DNA of 63,871 nucleotides from Saccostrea cucullata (Eukaryota): NCBI RefSeq assembly GCF_032062105.1, contig NW_026940671.1, positions 62,001 to 125,871 of the forward strand, read 5' to 3'. Shown piece by piece: positions 37,997 to 51,459 of this stretch (position 1 is its first letter; each line of letters starts with the position of its first letter). The notes under the pieces were generated by a model. It saw only the letters and a program-made list of their open reading frames with translations, ran no database searches and was not told where the DNA came from. The position numbers and the translations under genes were made by a program.

Positions 37997-38266
37997 ATGA
38001 TTGATTGTATACTGTTGAACGTCCCTCTCGAGAATGTTTCACTCATATTGAGACGCCACCACTTGCCAGTGGAGAGCTGCAATTTTTTTATCCTATACTC
38101 GGCACTTAGGGCCATTGAGCTGCGACACGGGGCCTCGGTTTATACGGTTTCATCCGAAGGACCGGTCTTCACATCCCACATTGGGATTCAACCCGCGACG
38201 TAAAGATCAACTCCTTACTTTGTGACTCTTGAGCAGACACTCTAACCACTGCACCACACGGGCGAC
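37997..38266 (-). mobile_element. tRNA-derived SINE
   Basis: Reverse complement of the 46668 element: A box, B box, core TTCGGATGA.ACCGTATAAACCGAGG, (CAAT)n tail, imperfect ~14-bp TSD. Confidence 0.85.
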
Positions 38267-38498
38267 ACCTCATGAATGATATTAGTCCCTAGTTATGGAA
38301 ATCGTGCCTTTGATGCTCGATTTCATAGAAGCCTATTCATTTTCTCAATTTTAGGAAATACTAAATTGAACAAGCGGGCAGATCTGAAGATACTATACCG
38401 GTAGTATTACTGATCCTGTAATGGTATGTTATTTCTTCTTCCACTCCTGTTTCCCTTATTTTTTATTTTAACATTTAAGTTTTTGAAGCGGGTCCATT

Positions 38499-38526
38499 CC
38501 ACAGGTACTTGTGAACAGGAACTCCA

Positions 38527-38557
<31 letters not shown>

Positions 38558-38753
38558 ATACACCCTAGGTCTATTTTATAATACCGCGGGTATGTTTTTT
38601 TTTATAAAAACGTTAAGTTTACGTTATTTTTTGGATTTTTCACGTGGAAGACATTGTAAGTATGTAATAAAAGAAATGAAGAATAATTTGTGCAAAAAAA
38701 AGACCCGTATATTCGGGGACGGGGAGGGGGGTCCTGTCCACAAGTACTTGTGG
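38499..38753. mobile_element. MITE
   Basis: CCACAGGTACTTGTGAACAGGA / TCCTGTCCACAAGTACTTGTGG inverted termini. Confidence 0.6.
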
Positions 38754-39334
38754 TTCATTCAAGAGACAAAATCCCAGGGTAATGAAACTTGCAAATATGT
38801 AAATAAGTTGATTGTATTTTTATTCCATGTCTTATACAGCACAATCAATGTTTTACACAGTTTTACATTGGGAATCCACTTTATTTTAGTGTTTTCATTC
38901 TCACGCCAAACCCATTTTGACATCAAAGACGTTACGCACAATTTGTTGGTGATGTTTGACTTTACGCTTTCAGAACGCTACGGAAAAATTGACGTAACTC
39001 TTCTACAATATTATAGTGTTTCTAGCTTGATTTGTACCCTATCGCTATAACAAATGAGTAAATATTAAATACAGAGTTTCACTGTAAAGTTTTTGTTACA
39101 TTTTGGTAGGTGGCAACCTTGGGAGTACGGCGTGACGAAGGACCTTTTCGTCCAGTGGGACTCTAGAAGTGGAACTGAACTGACACTCAAACATTTATAA
39201 TTATATGTAGCCCCTTTATCATGTACAGGCACATCACATAGATGGTCTACTGTTCTCTGTTCTTAATACACAGACGACCAAACAAGATACGAGAAGGCGG
39301 GGTCACTCAGGTCAATAAGTGATAAAGAGAAGAC

Positions 39335-42300
39335 ATGAAAACAAACTTAAACACTTGGATTATCTTTCTCTCAACAGTCCTTGTAAGTACATTTTTTCGA
39401 AATTTATCGAGAGGGACGTTAAACAATAAACAATCAAAGATCTTTCCTCAGGCCTTTGGATCGCATAAATTCGACTTTTTTTTTTTTAAAAAAAGGGGGG
39501 GTATATAAAAGAGATATTTTGTCACCCCAATTTTTTTTTAAAGTTGGATTAAAGCGATCTAAAAGCCTGTCAATCTTCCATTAAGTCCAAGAAAGTGATG
39601 AACCATTGTTGAATTTCATACAGATGCTAACAAAAGCAAGAAATTCGAACAATATTGAAAATCGGCAACTTCTTAATATTTTAGAAACACGATTATAATT
39701 TATAAATTATTTGCTATGTTCACGGCTTTGTATTATGTGTAGATTATTATAAATCAATCACTCTTTACCAAAAAGCATTATATAATATATAAAAAAAATT
39801 CTTTAAAAGGGCTAATAAATCGTACTTGTGACGCTGTGGTAAGGGTAACTCCCGATCCTCCTAGGATCCTTACGTTGCATGTTTCAAATTCCATTGCGGG
39901 ACATTGAGACCAGTCGCTCAGATAAAATTGAAAGGTGTAAACCAAAGTCCCCTATCGCCGATGATGATGGCACGAAAGAGTTCCCTCATGATTACTAATC
40001 ATTGAACATAATATAAGTTTAAATTTGCAGCCGTCTATTGGCAGTAGGTGGTATCTAAACATGAGTGTAGTTATTCTTAAAGGGACATCAAGCAGAGACA
40101 ATTGATTTAACTTAGTGTTTTATTGTCCCCCGCTTTCGCGAAAGCGAGGGGACATTAAATCTCATTCGTCTGTCCGTCAGTCTGTCAGTCTGTCCGTCTG
40201 TCAGTCCGTCACAAAAACTTTAACCTTGCCCATAACTTTTGATTTAGCTGGGCTCATATTTCACAAGTGTATTCCTTATGACAAGACCTTTCTTTGGGTA
40301 CCACCATTTTTGACCTTTTGACCTTGACCTTGGAGTTTGACCCACTTTTACACAAAAAATCCTAACTTTTACTTTGGCCATATCTTTTGAATGGTAGAAA
40401 CTACGACTTTTATATTTCACATATATATTTTTTGTGGCAAGACCTTTTATTGGATTCCAACAACTTTGACCTTTTGACCTTGGCCATGGAGATTTCCGTA
40501 CTTATAAAAAACTTAAACCTTGACCATAACTTTTGAAAGGTTGGGGCTAGAGCTTTCATACTTCACATATGTAATCCTTGTAAGAAGACCTTTCATTAGA
40601 TACCATGAACTTTGACCCTTTGACCTTGACCTTTGAGTAAAACCTTTTTTCAAGAACTTTGACCTTGGTCACAACTTTTGAACTGCCGATGCTAGGACTT
40701 TCATTTTTCACATATGTATTCTTTATGGCAAGACCTTTCTGTGGATATCAACAATTTTGAAATATTGACCTTGACCTTGAAGTTTGACCCCTTTTACACA
40801 AAAATTCCAAACTTTTACTCTGGCCATAACTTTAGAATGGTAGATACTAGGACTTTCATATTTCATATATATATTTTTTGTGAATAGACCTTTCATTGGA
40901 TACCAACAACCTTGACCTTTTGACCTTGGAAATTTTTCGTACATATAAAAACTTTAACCATGGCCATAACTTTTGAATGGTAAGGGCTAGGCTTTTCATA
41001 CTTTACATACGTAATCTTTGTGAGGAGACCTTTCATTGAATACCAAAAACTTTTAACCTTTGACCTTGACCTTGGAGTTCAGTGATGATTTCAAAATAAA
41101 TGACAGGATGTTCATATTACGCACAATGTGTCATAAAAAATGACATCTCACCCAAAAAGACACCGAAAGCGGGGGACCACAATTCCTTGAATTTGCTTGT
41201 AAACGTAAGACTGGAGTGGGATTTCATTAAAGAGCATTATGGTCTATAATCTAAATTTCGATATAAGACTTCGGTCTCTAAATGATTAAATATTCCTCTT
41301 TTTCAGGGTGCCGTGTTTCTTGCTGTGGTACCAGACACAACACGTCACGTGACTACAAAAGCAACCACTACTACTCACCGACCCACGCCAGAACCATGGG
41401 AATTTGTCAACAATTTTTATGTATATGACAGAGACTCCGTACGCCAAATGAACATTTATATAAATGAATTAGCTAAAGTTGTTCATAAAGCTACAGATTT
41501 ATTAATATAAATATAACAAACCTACCTTAATTACCTACAATATCAATAATAGTCTAGGACATTATTACTCTGGAAGTCTGGGCATTTATTTAGTATAAAA
41601 GTAAAAACGTGGTATATTCTGTTATTTTTGTTATGGTTTCAGATGAATTTGATTTGATTCTGTTTCAGCATTATTTCTGCGTGTCTCACCATTCCTCACA
41701 TCAACATTTACACTACTGTATCTGCTACCACATACCATACGAGGACAGGGGCATCCTGGAGGACCCCCAAACTCTGCTAGAAACAGAGGTACCTTTCAGG
41801 GTTTTTATCTGTAAGGACCACTGAAAACTTTATATTTCAAGTAGTCAGTGCTAAATTAATTTGATACAGGTGAAAAAACTTATGTTAATTATATAAGGTC
41901 TTGATATTCGTGAAAGAATATTTATTTATTTAACAAATGCATTAATGAGTGTTTTTCTGGCACAGTTTTGAATTTAGAAAAATAGGTGGGGTCTATGGAA
42001 AGCAGCCAGAAAAAGATTAAAATGTAATGGCATTATAATTGCAATGTAAGGGCTTGTAGATTAGTCTTGTTTTTTTTTTGGTATATGCAGATTTATTCAT
42101 TGTTCAACATCATTTGAACAAAGCAGGCATTTTTATCGAAGTAATTGTACTGATTTTGCACAATAATTTATTTCTTACTTGTACGAAAAGATCTATTAAA
42201 CTATATCTGTATCTCAATGCATGCTTATTTAATTTAGGGCAAATGATTTTGTTTTTAGAAACTCATTTTCGAGTTATTTGACGCTGGATACCACGTTCAA

Positions 42301-42435
42301 ATGAATTTAACAGAACTTCAGTTCTACAGCAAACGTAGCTTTTACATGTGTTCACACACTAATGGAAACCCTGGAGTCAACACAACTTACTATTTAGTGT
42401 ACCCCAAACCCAGTCAATACGGCTCTACTGCATAG
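39335..42435 (+). CDS. Secreted His/Thr-rich 4-Cys (BRICHOS-like) family protein, copy F, 158 aa
   Basis: Exons 39335-39382, 41307-41438, 41669-41788, 42259-42435, phase 0. ...FYVYDRDS/HYFCVSHHSSHQHLHYCICYHIPY.../KLIFELF...FYSKRSFYMC...NTTYYLVY. Confidence 0.84.
40118..41200 (+). mobile_element. Helentron-like non-autonomous element with six ~147-bp tandem units
   Basis: 5' TGTCCCCCGCTTTCGCGAAAGCGAGGGGACA hairpin, (GTCT/GTCC/GTCA)n, units near 40231, 40379, 40525, 40670, 40825, 40965, 3' AAAGCGGGGGAC + hairpin + CTTGT. Confidence 0.85.
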
Positions 42436-42646
42436 ATGGATTGAAAGTTTTGCTATTTCATGTATTCGAATTAAAATTAAAAAAAAGAATATTAAAGCTC
42501 TCTCACTTTTTTCTTTAAAAAATGCTAAGAACAAATTGTTTTAAAATGGCTGACATCAATAAATCCACAACTGTTACGCAATAAACGCTCAGTTAATCTT
42601 AGGGTAATTCAATTAACGACTGTACAAAAAAGAACTGATGAACATT

Positions 42647-45600
42647 TTATTTGTGAATATTAATAGAACACAGAGTCCATGCTAACTGTTCGCAAGGTTT
42701 ATCCTGCCAACTGAAATGCTCTCCGTCGATAGGAAACATGCGCACACAGTCCTGCGCAGGTTCCCGATGCGGGTCATTGACATTAGGGTCATTTGGCTGT
42801 CCGTGTCTCCAGTCAAAAAATTTCTGTGGTGCTCCGTCTGTATCCACGAAAGATAATTCCTGCTGTTTATCAAAGACGCCTATAAATGCACCAGAATGGT
42901 CACCACTGGAAAAAAATTGAATTGTTCAATTAAAATAGTGTCAGTTTCAAATGGCAATAAAATTGATTTTAAATATTTTTGACAACCATATTTTGAAATC
43001 AAACAATCAAATTTTTTAACTTTAGTCGTTCTAATAGTGTAGTTGGATAATAGAACTGAATCAGCACATTCTAGTTTGTAAATAGTTATTCAGCAAAGTA
43101 GAAATCCAATATTTAGTACCTTATCTTAAAGTTTTAGCAATAAATCTAATTTAAAAAAAAAGCTTATTAAACTAACTCTATATGTCGCCAATACAATTTT
43201 TTTGTGAGACAATGTCGTCTTTTTCACATATCCCATTTAAAATCTGTTTAGTTGCAACGAGAGCGAAAATAAAGGGACGAAAAATAAAATGGTGAGAAAA
43301 TTCCCTTCAAACAGTACGTACAAATGAGCATCCAGTGCATTCACTCTGAGGTATAAACATTAGAATGGTTTTATTGTGTATAAAAGGGTGTTTTCTTAAT
43401 TTGTTACAGAATTTTGCTGCATGAGGTCTAAAACAGAAATGCACCTTTTAATATGGGGGTTGAACAACGTTCAATCTCCTTTGTGTATCATGCACTAATT
43501 AAGTTATTGCTCAAAGACCAATTGCCGGTGATTGTCAGTGTGTTCAGGCTGTAAGTTGACCGCACAGTCGTCAGAATAAATTTACATTTGAAAAATTAGT
43601 ACTTACTCTCAACTGCTTTTTGGGATAAAACAAACACTAAAGCACAATAAAATTAATGATTAACTTTACTTACGAAAAATCTCCCTTGAGTGTTAACTTG
43701 ATAAAGTTATCTGCCGCATCTGAAGGAATGTAAGCCAACTTTCCTCCTTTGAATTGAGTTGCGCATGCCCGTGCGCCATCATCAGCATTCCTGTCTTGTT
43801 TGAGTATAAAGTAGCACAGGTGGACTAATCCATCTCTGAATTCATGGGTCCCAGATGGACAAGATGTAGCTAATAATAAATACACAGCAACACTTATAAA
43901 CGGGTGGAGGGGGGAGGGATAATGTTAGTTAAACTTTATCGTTGTAACTTTAAAATAACAACAATAGAGAATAACCAACAGTGAACCGTTAATGAAAATC
44001 GGTGTTAGAAAATATATTCAAGCTGCATTTAATTACGGCTACAGATTAAAGGGTTATCTATAATTTATTATGAATATATACAACATATTAAAATAATGCT
44101 TCTGTTTTGTTTAAAATTTGAGTTGTCATGATAATTCCAAATTTAAAAAAAAGTTTATGTCGAAAAATTGACAGCATCTATGGATGGTTCCTGAACAATA
44201 CGTACGTTGAAATTCTGATGGCATTTTGTTGTTACACAAATCTGAATCGCAGCAAGCGAACTCTAGGTTGCGTTTCATGACTGTTCTTTTACCCACAATG
44301 TCTGGCCCACTCGATGGATGGGGCAGATCAGAACCGGAAGTACAAACCTAAAATCCAAGTTTTATTCAAATGTGACTTTAATTCCAGTTATGTAAAAGAG
44401 TTGTAGGGAAAACAAAAGGTTGCATTACACATGTTAATTAATTCAAACCAAACAAATCAAACTTTAAAATCATCCTGTAGTAATTTTTTTTCAGTATATA
44501 CATAAATCTAGTCAAAAATGGCAAATTGCTACGCTGCTAAAGTATTTGAAATGACTACATAATATAGCTAGGAACTGATAAAATGGACCTGATTATATTT
44601 TTTATTCTAAATATAGCTTTCGACTTTATAATAATTTTTGCTTATCAACAAATCTGTACACTGAAAGAAATTCACTGAATATCATCAAAAATCATGATTT
44701 TATGAACTTTATTTCAATAATTGTAATCATAAAGTAATCAAAAAGTAATCATGATTACAGGACTTTTTTCAGAGTAATCGATTAAATTACGATTACTTGT
44801 AATCAGAAAAATGGGTGATTACTGATTACTTATGATTACTTGGCAAATTGTAATCGATTACAGCTGATTACGATTACCCCATCCCTGTGTAAGACACGTT
44901 TTTTTTCAGGCTTTGTTTCTAACTTTTCATTGTAAGGATAAAGATATTGGCACTTTTGTTTTTCTTATAAGTTTCTATATATGTGACTCATAATATGACT
45001 TCAAGTGCGAACTTTTTGGTCAAATATTGTTGGTTATTTTTAGTTTTTTGCTTTTCATATCAAGATGTTGTTACCAGTGCGATGAGAATTTTTCATTAGA
45101 TTCTGTTGTAGAGGGAATAAAACAAGGATCAAGGGTGGAATACTTTTATTAGTAAGAATATATCAAGAAAAAATTTCTTATTACCGACTTTTCGACGCAG
45201 CCAACATTAAAATGGTAGGTGAAATCATCCCCGATTGTCTCTGACACAATGCATTCCTGTAAGTTGATTTTGGAGGAAAAATAATGACAGAGGTTAGAAA
45301 AAGACTTGATTGCACTGTACAGGTATAATTAAGCAAATCTTTATACTAAATAATTACAATTTTCTTTGAGTTTCATTGCTCGTAAAATATTCTGTATGAG
45401 ATAATTTTAAAATGAATTTTTGTTCACCTTTCCAACTCCGCAGTTTACGGACGTCGTACAGTCTGCGGGGTTGTTCACTTCATGACACTGGTAACACCGC
45501 CTGGCTAATGTAACATACACAATAAATATAATTATGTTATCACGAAACATCAGTGTGTCGGATAAAAGAAAAATTTGTTACAACAAGTACAAGGCTTATA

Positions 45601-48600
45601 AAAATAACACCTTGTGGGGGTTTTGTTTAGAAGTAAATTTTAATAATTAAACTAGCCCGGTGAGGCAGAAACACTTTTGCCACGTCAGTGATGGACATGT
45701 CGAAAAGTTAATAAATCGTTGATTTTCCTGATAATTTATAAGAGAAAATGAACTATAAATGTATAAATTTATGTAATAAATATGAAGGTCGAAAATTTTG
45801 GTAAATTGTTGTGTAGCTCGCCAAATTGGAGGTAAACGGGTCAAAAACATGAACACATGTAATAATTCTCGCCATATAAAGGGATGTTCTGTGCTTCAAC
45901 ATGTACAAGTACTTATAAAAGTATAAGACTAAAGTACATGTCGTATCGATCATCTTTCAGCAGTACAGAATTTTTAAAATTATTTTAAACAAAAATGCAA
46001 GAACAGGATGTTATATCATCTAAAAGTCGAATACCGGGGTATGTATATACCTCTACATATGTTAATAACTTACAACAAAGTCCACAGAACGCCGGACAAT
46101 CTGTTTGTCCCGAGGTAGTGGAGCAGAAATTCGGAGACGCTTGGACGAGCAGACGACAGGCGTCAGTACTAATGTCTGCGCATGTTGAGTCCGCAGCAAT
46201 GGAAATCCGAAAGACTATCAAGTCAAAAACATAAAATCAATTTGCATATGTAAAATTGACAACAGTATCTCATCTAGAATTGAAGTCATTTTGAAACGAT
46301 TTTGAATTCCGGTGTAAACATTTTATACCAATCATAGCTAATGGCAGTTACAAGTATTCACAATTTTCTAGTAATAGAAAGAGACTAATCTTTCAGGCTC
46401 TGTAGATAATCCTGCCTAACGCTATAAACAGGGACATCGATTCTAAGTAAAAAACCAGCAACATTTTTGTTAATAAGATTTTACTATTCCTGCATTTCAA
46501 AAAATCCTGGGTCAGGTGACCTTGTCCAAATAACTGTGTCACGGAGGGTGACCATCCCCTGCCTACAGGTCACATCCGTCGTGTTTAACTTCGGAAACGG
46601 TCATTATATCGACCATGCATAGAATTTACGAAATGATAACTATATACGAGACTTTCAATATTCTTTTGTCGCCCGAGTGGCGCAGTGGTTAGAGTGTCAG
46701 ATCTAGAGTCGCAAAGTAAGGAGTTGATCCTAACGTCGCGGGTTCGAATCCCACTGTAGGACGTGGAGACCAGTCCTTCGGATGAGACCGTATAAACCGA
46801 TCGAGGTCCCGTGTTGTAGTAGGTGCTGGCATGAAAAAGATCCCTTCCTAACCTGAGTGCCGAGTATGGGACAAATTTTATTACAGCTCTCCACCAGCAA
46901 GTGGTGGCGTCTGCACATGAGTGAAAAATTCTCGAGAGTGACATTAAACAGTATACAGTCAATCAATATTCTTTTTTTATCAACTTGTTTGTCTGTAACC
47001 TAGTACCTCGTTTTAGAAGTTGTTCGTACGAAGAACATGTTCTTGCGTATCGAATCAACTGACAGATATACATGTTTACCCCGTATGCAGGTGATAAGGG
47101 TGTATTGCTTCATAAGTAAGGGAAGTTTACGATTGAAAATTTATTACGTTTATCACAAAGCTTTGTTGTTAGATTAACATTAACGTCTTTTTTCTATTAA
47201 AATATCTAAATATGAAACAGATGCACCAGACTCTGTGACGTGGTATCTTTTATTTTAAGCTCATAGGGAAATATCGTGTCGATATAAGAATGGAAATAAC
47301 CATTGTTAATTAACAATACGTCATCGATATACCTAAACGTCAGGTTGAAGACCACAGCAAATGATTTTTTTTTCTTTTCACGAAGAAGATTTTCAACAAA
47401 TTCTGCTCCATACATGCATCAATACAAAAAAAGGTCTGTAAATATCAGGGCGCAATGGGTACCCATGGGAATTCCAATAGATTGTTGGGAGACTTGGAAC
47501 TTGGAACACACAGTGCCAGTCAGAATCCCAAGGATTTTTTTATATCAGTTTCAGAGTATTTGTGTGTCCGATCACAGTGAGAATAATTTTGCAAATGACC
47601 AGTGGCAAGGTAAGTCAATAAAGAAGTTCAAAAAAGCAGCTGGGAATAATGTCCAAAAAAAACTGGACTTTAACTTTTCGTAGGGAATGGCAGAAAAGTC
47701 TGAAAAGTTTTGTTGTGTTAGAAAGTGCACATGGGGAAATGAGATGTTATTATTTTATTAGTTTAGTAAAATAATTCTCAAATGATTACATTATAAATTC
47801 ATGATCGAGTAAAATATTTTAATAACTTGCTTTAAACGTTGTAATTATGTTTCAATTTCATTATCATTTCGCATCAGATAATTGATAATTCATGATTAAA
47901 TAAGGAGTTTACAATAGGTACTCTCCATCCTGGGAATGTGTAAGATACGAAAAGAAATCGTCGTGATTTTCCGGATAATAATGACGTGGTAAACAGGTCT
48001 GGACGATTTCTAAATATGGAAGTCAAGAACGATAACCGAAAGTTGCTATAAATGTACAGCAAGTACACGTAATTAGTCCAATCAAAACAGCATTTTTACA
48101 CACCCCAAAACATATTTTAAAAGAAAAAAAGATAACACGTGCTTTTGTTTTTTTCCTCAAAAAGATTTTTTTAACAAAAAATCTGTAGAAGTAAGATGAA
48201 AACTTTTGAAGGATAAGGTATTCCCTACATTTTTACCGTGAACAACCTTTTCAATTTTATCTCGAGAAAAAAAATAATGCACGATAGAATGTAATCGTTT
48301 ACAGAGGTATAGATCGCACCAGCAAGTTTTTATCAAGTTCAATTATAACATTTACCAGAATATATTATATGATGGTAAATATAATTTTGCTTAGCCGTCC
48401 GATTTTCATCGATAATACAAAATTCCATGTGTATAGATCAACTAACACAAGTGTTTATCGTATGGACTATACACATATAGTTCTGAATTATCACGGGTTT
48501 CAAGAATACTTAGCTATGCAGACTTTAAATGGGCATAAGGAAAGGCGTATAACGTGGAGAAAAGAGAATCCTGTAATTATACATAAATGCATTTTATACC

Positions 48601-50907
48601 AATATCTTACCTCCCATATCAGAAACTGCATGGACTACTAGTATTTTGTAATAAACACTCAAAAATAATAAAGACTGATATCTTTTCGATAAGATTTTTA
48701 TGTCAGGGTCTAAAAAACTGAAAATTTACCGTATTTATATCAATTTTTTAACGTAAGTTAAACTTTTGGGATTGCTACCTCCAAGAGACAGATTTTTTCA
48801 TCCCACTTAGAATGTATTCTAAGCTTTCAAGTCGTGTTTGTTCACGGTAGAATTGGCCATAAAGTTTACAAAAAGTAAAAAAATCTTTTGAGCAAAAATC
48901 TCACGTGTTTTAAAAGCTCTGATTGGTCAGAAGGATTAGTGCCTTGTTTATTCTGTATTTATAGCAATTCACGGTTATGTTTGTTTGTATGGTTGTGGTG
49001 AATATTGAAAAGTTGCTCAACTTGTAAAAACTTGTTTGAATATGCTACAGCTGAATGACACACAGATTATTTTTATACATTTTACACTGCGCCATGCAGC
49101 ATAGCCTACTCTGCAGAAACCATATAGGCATTATCCCTTGACAAAAATCCAGGGTATCAGCACGTGGTTCATCTTGAGAGGCGTATATCTTCATTTGATA
49201 ACAATAACTTCTCATATTAATCATTGGCGATAAATTCATTGAATGAGCAAATGAACTTAATTTGTATATAATTGAAAAAAAATATTATTTAGTTTGCTTT
49301 GAAGAAGTCATGAAATAAAAATGATCAGGGATTTCTTTGAATATCCTGTGCCAGCACCTTTTTTGACACTAAATTTTGACCGATTTGATGCTTTACATCA
49401 ATTTTACTTGTATCTTATTGATTTTGGTTACTAGTAAATAAATCTACATTGATTTTTTTTAGGAGCGATAAAAATGAAACCATGTCCTACAGTGGGACTC
49501 ATTCGCAGAGCAATCGCTTCGTGATCGTTAAAAAACCCTCGACGTAAGGATCAACTCCTTACGACTCTAGAGTAAAGCAGATGCTGTAACCACTACGCCA
49601 CGCGTACTGTTGATGTTTCTGATGACGTCAGCTGTAAACAAACAGAATGAACCGGAAAGGAATCGAGGGACTACTATACAGATAAATGGATAGTTTTAAT
49701 CTTAAATCTCTCCAAAAAATAAGTGTTTGAAGTGTGTATTACAAAAGCTTGCATAAAAACGGTCTTTTTCGGTAGCGCCATACGTGTAGAAGTTTTTGTT
49801 TTACTCTCTTTCGAGAATTTCACATCTGGGTATTTCAACCGCTTGCCGGTGGAGGGTTGCAAATTTAGATTTGAACTCGGCATTCAGGGATATAAAACAG
49901 TGATGGATCTTTTTCGTGTCATCAGTTACTGAGACACGGGATCTTGGTTTATGCGGTCTCATCCGAAGGACCGGTCTCCACGTCAGTGGGATTCGAACCC
50001 GAGACGCACGGAATTTTCTGGCTGTTCGCATCTAAAAGCAAACGCTCTAGCCGCTGTGCCACGCGGACGACTCAGCACAGAATAGTAAATATAAACCCTG
50101 CTAACACTCTACAGAGCACTAAGTTGTCATTGCTTTTGGATACTTGATGTTATGAAACAGACAATTGTACACTTACAACGTGATGACTTTAACTTTCCTA
50201 TCGTCAACTTCCCTTACTTATATGCAGCAATATACCTTCATCACCTGCATACGGAGTTAATATATCTCAATTGATTTGATACGCAAGGGCATGCTCTACG
50301 TACAAGTCAAATGCTGACTGACGTTTTTCATACTAATTGTTAGTCCATTGTTTATACACTGCATTGACGACGGATTTTTTCCCGTTATTTTCTTATCAGG
50401 TCAGCAGGGGATACTCACTCCTCCATGGCACCTGATCCCATCTCTGATGTTTTGGAGGTCCGTGTTTGCTCTGCTCCTATTTTGTATTGTTTTGTGGACT
50501 TTTGATCTTGAATACTGTTCGCTATCTCCATATGCTTATTATAAAATATTTTTTATTTTGTTTTGCGGAGGTTAAAATGTATATTTTCCCATGGGCACTT
50601 GTTTCTGTAATATTTTTAACCCTTGGTATAATAATATAATATTATGTTTTGAAAAGAATTATTGCAGATTTTGAAACAAATGCGTCTGATTTTTCCTTTA
50701 TAAAAAATGGGAAAAAAAAAACACAGGCATTTGTTTCAGAATCTGTAATAATTGTATAAAATTTTTAATTCCATGGCAAATACTATTTTTAGATGGAAAG
50801 TATTCTTGAAGGCGCTTTGTTATTATTTTCTCAAGGTTGCAGTGGACTCAAGTTTCGAAAAATAAACGATAATACATACCAGACAAAAATAATGCAATTC
50901 CAATCAT
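42647..50907 (-). CDS. Secreted ShK + Ly6/three-finger + C-type lectin domain protein, ~304 aa
   Basis: Minus-strand exons 50907-50880 (signal, less certain), 46214-46074 (ShK: CADISTDAC...FC...DCPAFCGLC), 45504-45428 (RCYQC), 45256-45185, 44347-44206 (CCDSDLCN), 43869-43674 and 42905-42647 (CTLD: FIGV, WRHGQPN, DCV, WQDKPC). 915 nt in frame. Confidence 0.85.
44720..44888 (-). mobile_element. DNA transposon end rich in GTAATC/GATTAC subrepeats
   Basis: Repeated GTAATC and GATTAC motifs ending in GATTACCCCATCCCTG; only one terminus is visible. Confidence 0.55.
46668..46962 (+). mobile_element. Full-length tRNA-derived SINE with 13-bp TSD
   Basis: A box TGGCGCAGTGG, B box GGTTCGAATCCC, core CCTTCGGATGAGACCGTATAAACCGA, CAAT tail. 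TSD TCAATATTCTTTT at 46655-46667 and 46963-46975. Confidence 0.92.
46976..47700 (-). mobile_element. Degenerate Penelope-like reverse transcriptase
   Basis: Minus strand gives GIPMGT..., YGAEF...FAVVFNLTFRYIDDVL, IFPYELKIK, SQLIRYARTCS, with frameshifts. Confidence 0.82.
49800..50070 (-). mobile_element. tRNA-derived SINE (a further fragment at ~49490-49605)
   Basis: GGTCTCATCCGAAGGACCGGTCTCCACGTC...GGGATTCGAACCC. Confidence 0.8.
50170..50530 (+). mobile_element. Penelope-like 3' fragment
   Basis: DDFNFPIVNFPYL..., PAYGVNISQLI..YARACS, then the tail. Confidence 0.8.
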
Positions 50908-51459
50908 TACTATATTGTTATGGATATATCTTATCTTAGGGAGTATCTATTATAATATGATATTTGACCAAGGTCTTCCCTCAGTTGGTAAAATGCCAAG
51001 AAATTCAGATACTAGGTGACGCTAAATAGATTATTCACGTTGGAAGATATTTTGTTATACAGACATAAATTGAGAAAAATTTAAGTCAATTGATAAAAAT
51101 AAAATAAAACAAACATTGTTAGAAATATGCCAAGTCTGGTCAGTCTATACATACACCACTAGTACATGAGCATTACCCGGTATGAGCATGCGCTCGGTCG
51201 TTCAATTCAGAATTTGTTCAGAGTACTAGTATTTTGAAATTAGACAAGTGATCATTTGGCATTTTCCGAGGGATACTGTTGTCTTCAGGTCACGATCCGT
51301 TTTGTTCAATATTTGTGAGTGATATGCTGCCCAAAGCTTATATTCATTACGTGGTAAGATCGGTGCATAGGACATAGAGGGATATTAACGGTGAATGTGT
51401 GTTTCTTAAAAAATAAAAAACTCAAAAGCAGAATAAAATCAATGTTTATTTTACAAATA

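Noticed and set aside
38511-39050. 179-aa ORF with poly-Pro
   Set aside because: Poly-C tract in a MITE followed by AT-rich non-coding sequence.
40214-41080. CRISPR-like array
   Set aside because: Whole units repeat without unique spacers, the context is eukaryotic and there are no cas genes.
43607-43615. 9-nt micro-exon in the lectin gene
   Set aside because: Introduces an in-frame TGA; the flanking exons join in frame without it.
46668-46760. tRNA gene
   Set aside because: A and B boxes are present, but the spacer is too long and the sequence continues into a SINE core and tail with a TSD; it is a SINE head.
46775-46815. Hammerhead ribozyme in the SINE core (GGATGAGACC...GGTC)
   Set aside because: Lacks the CUGAUGA core and the GAAA after stem II.
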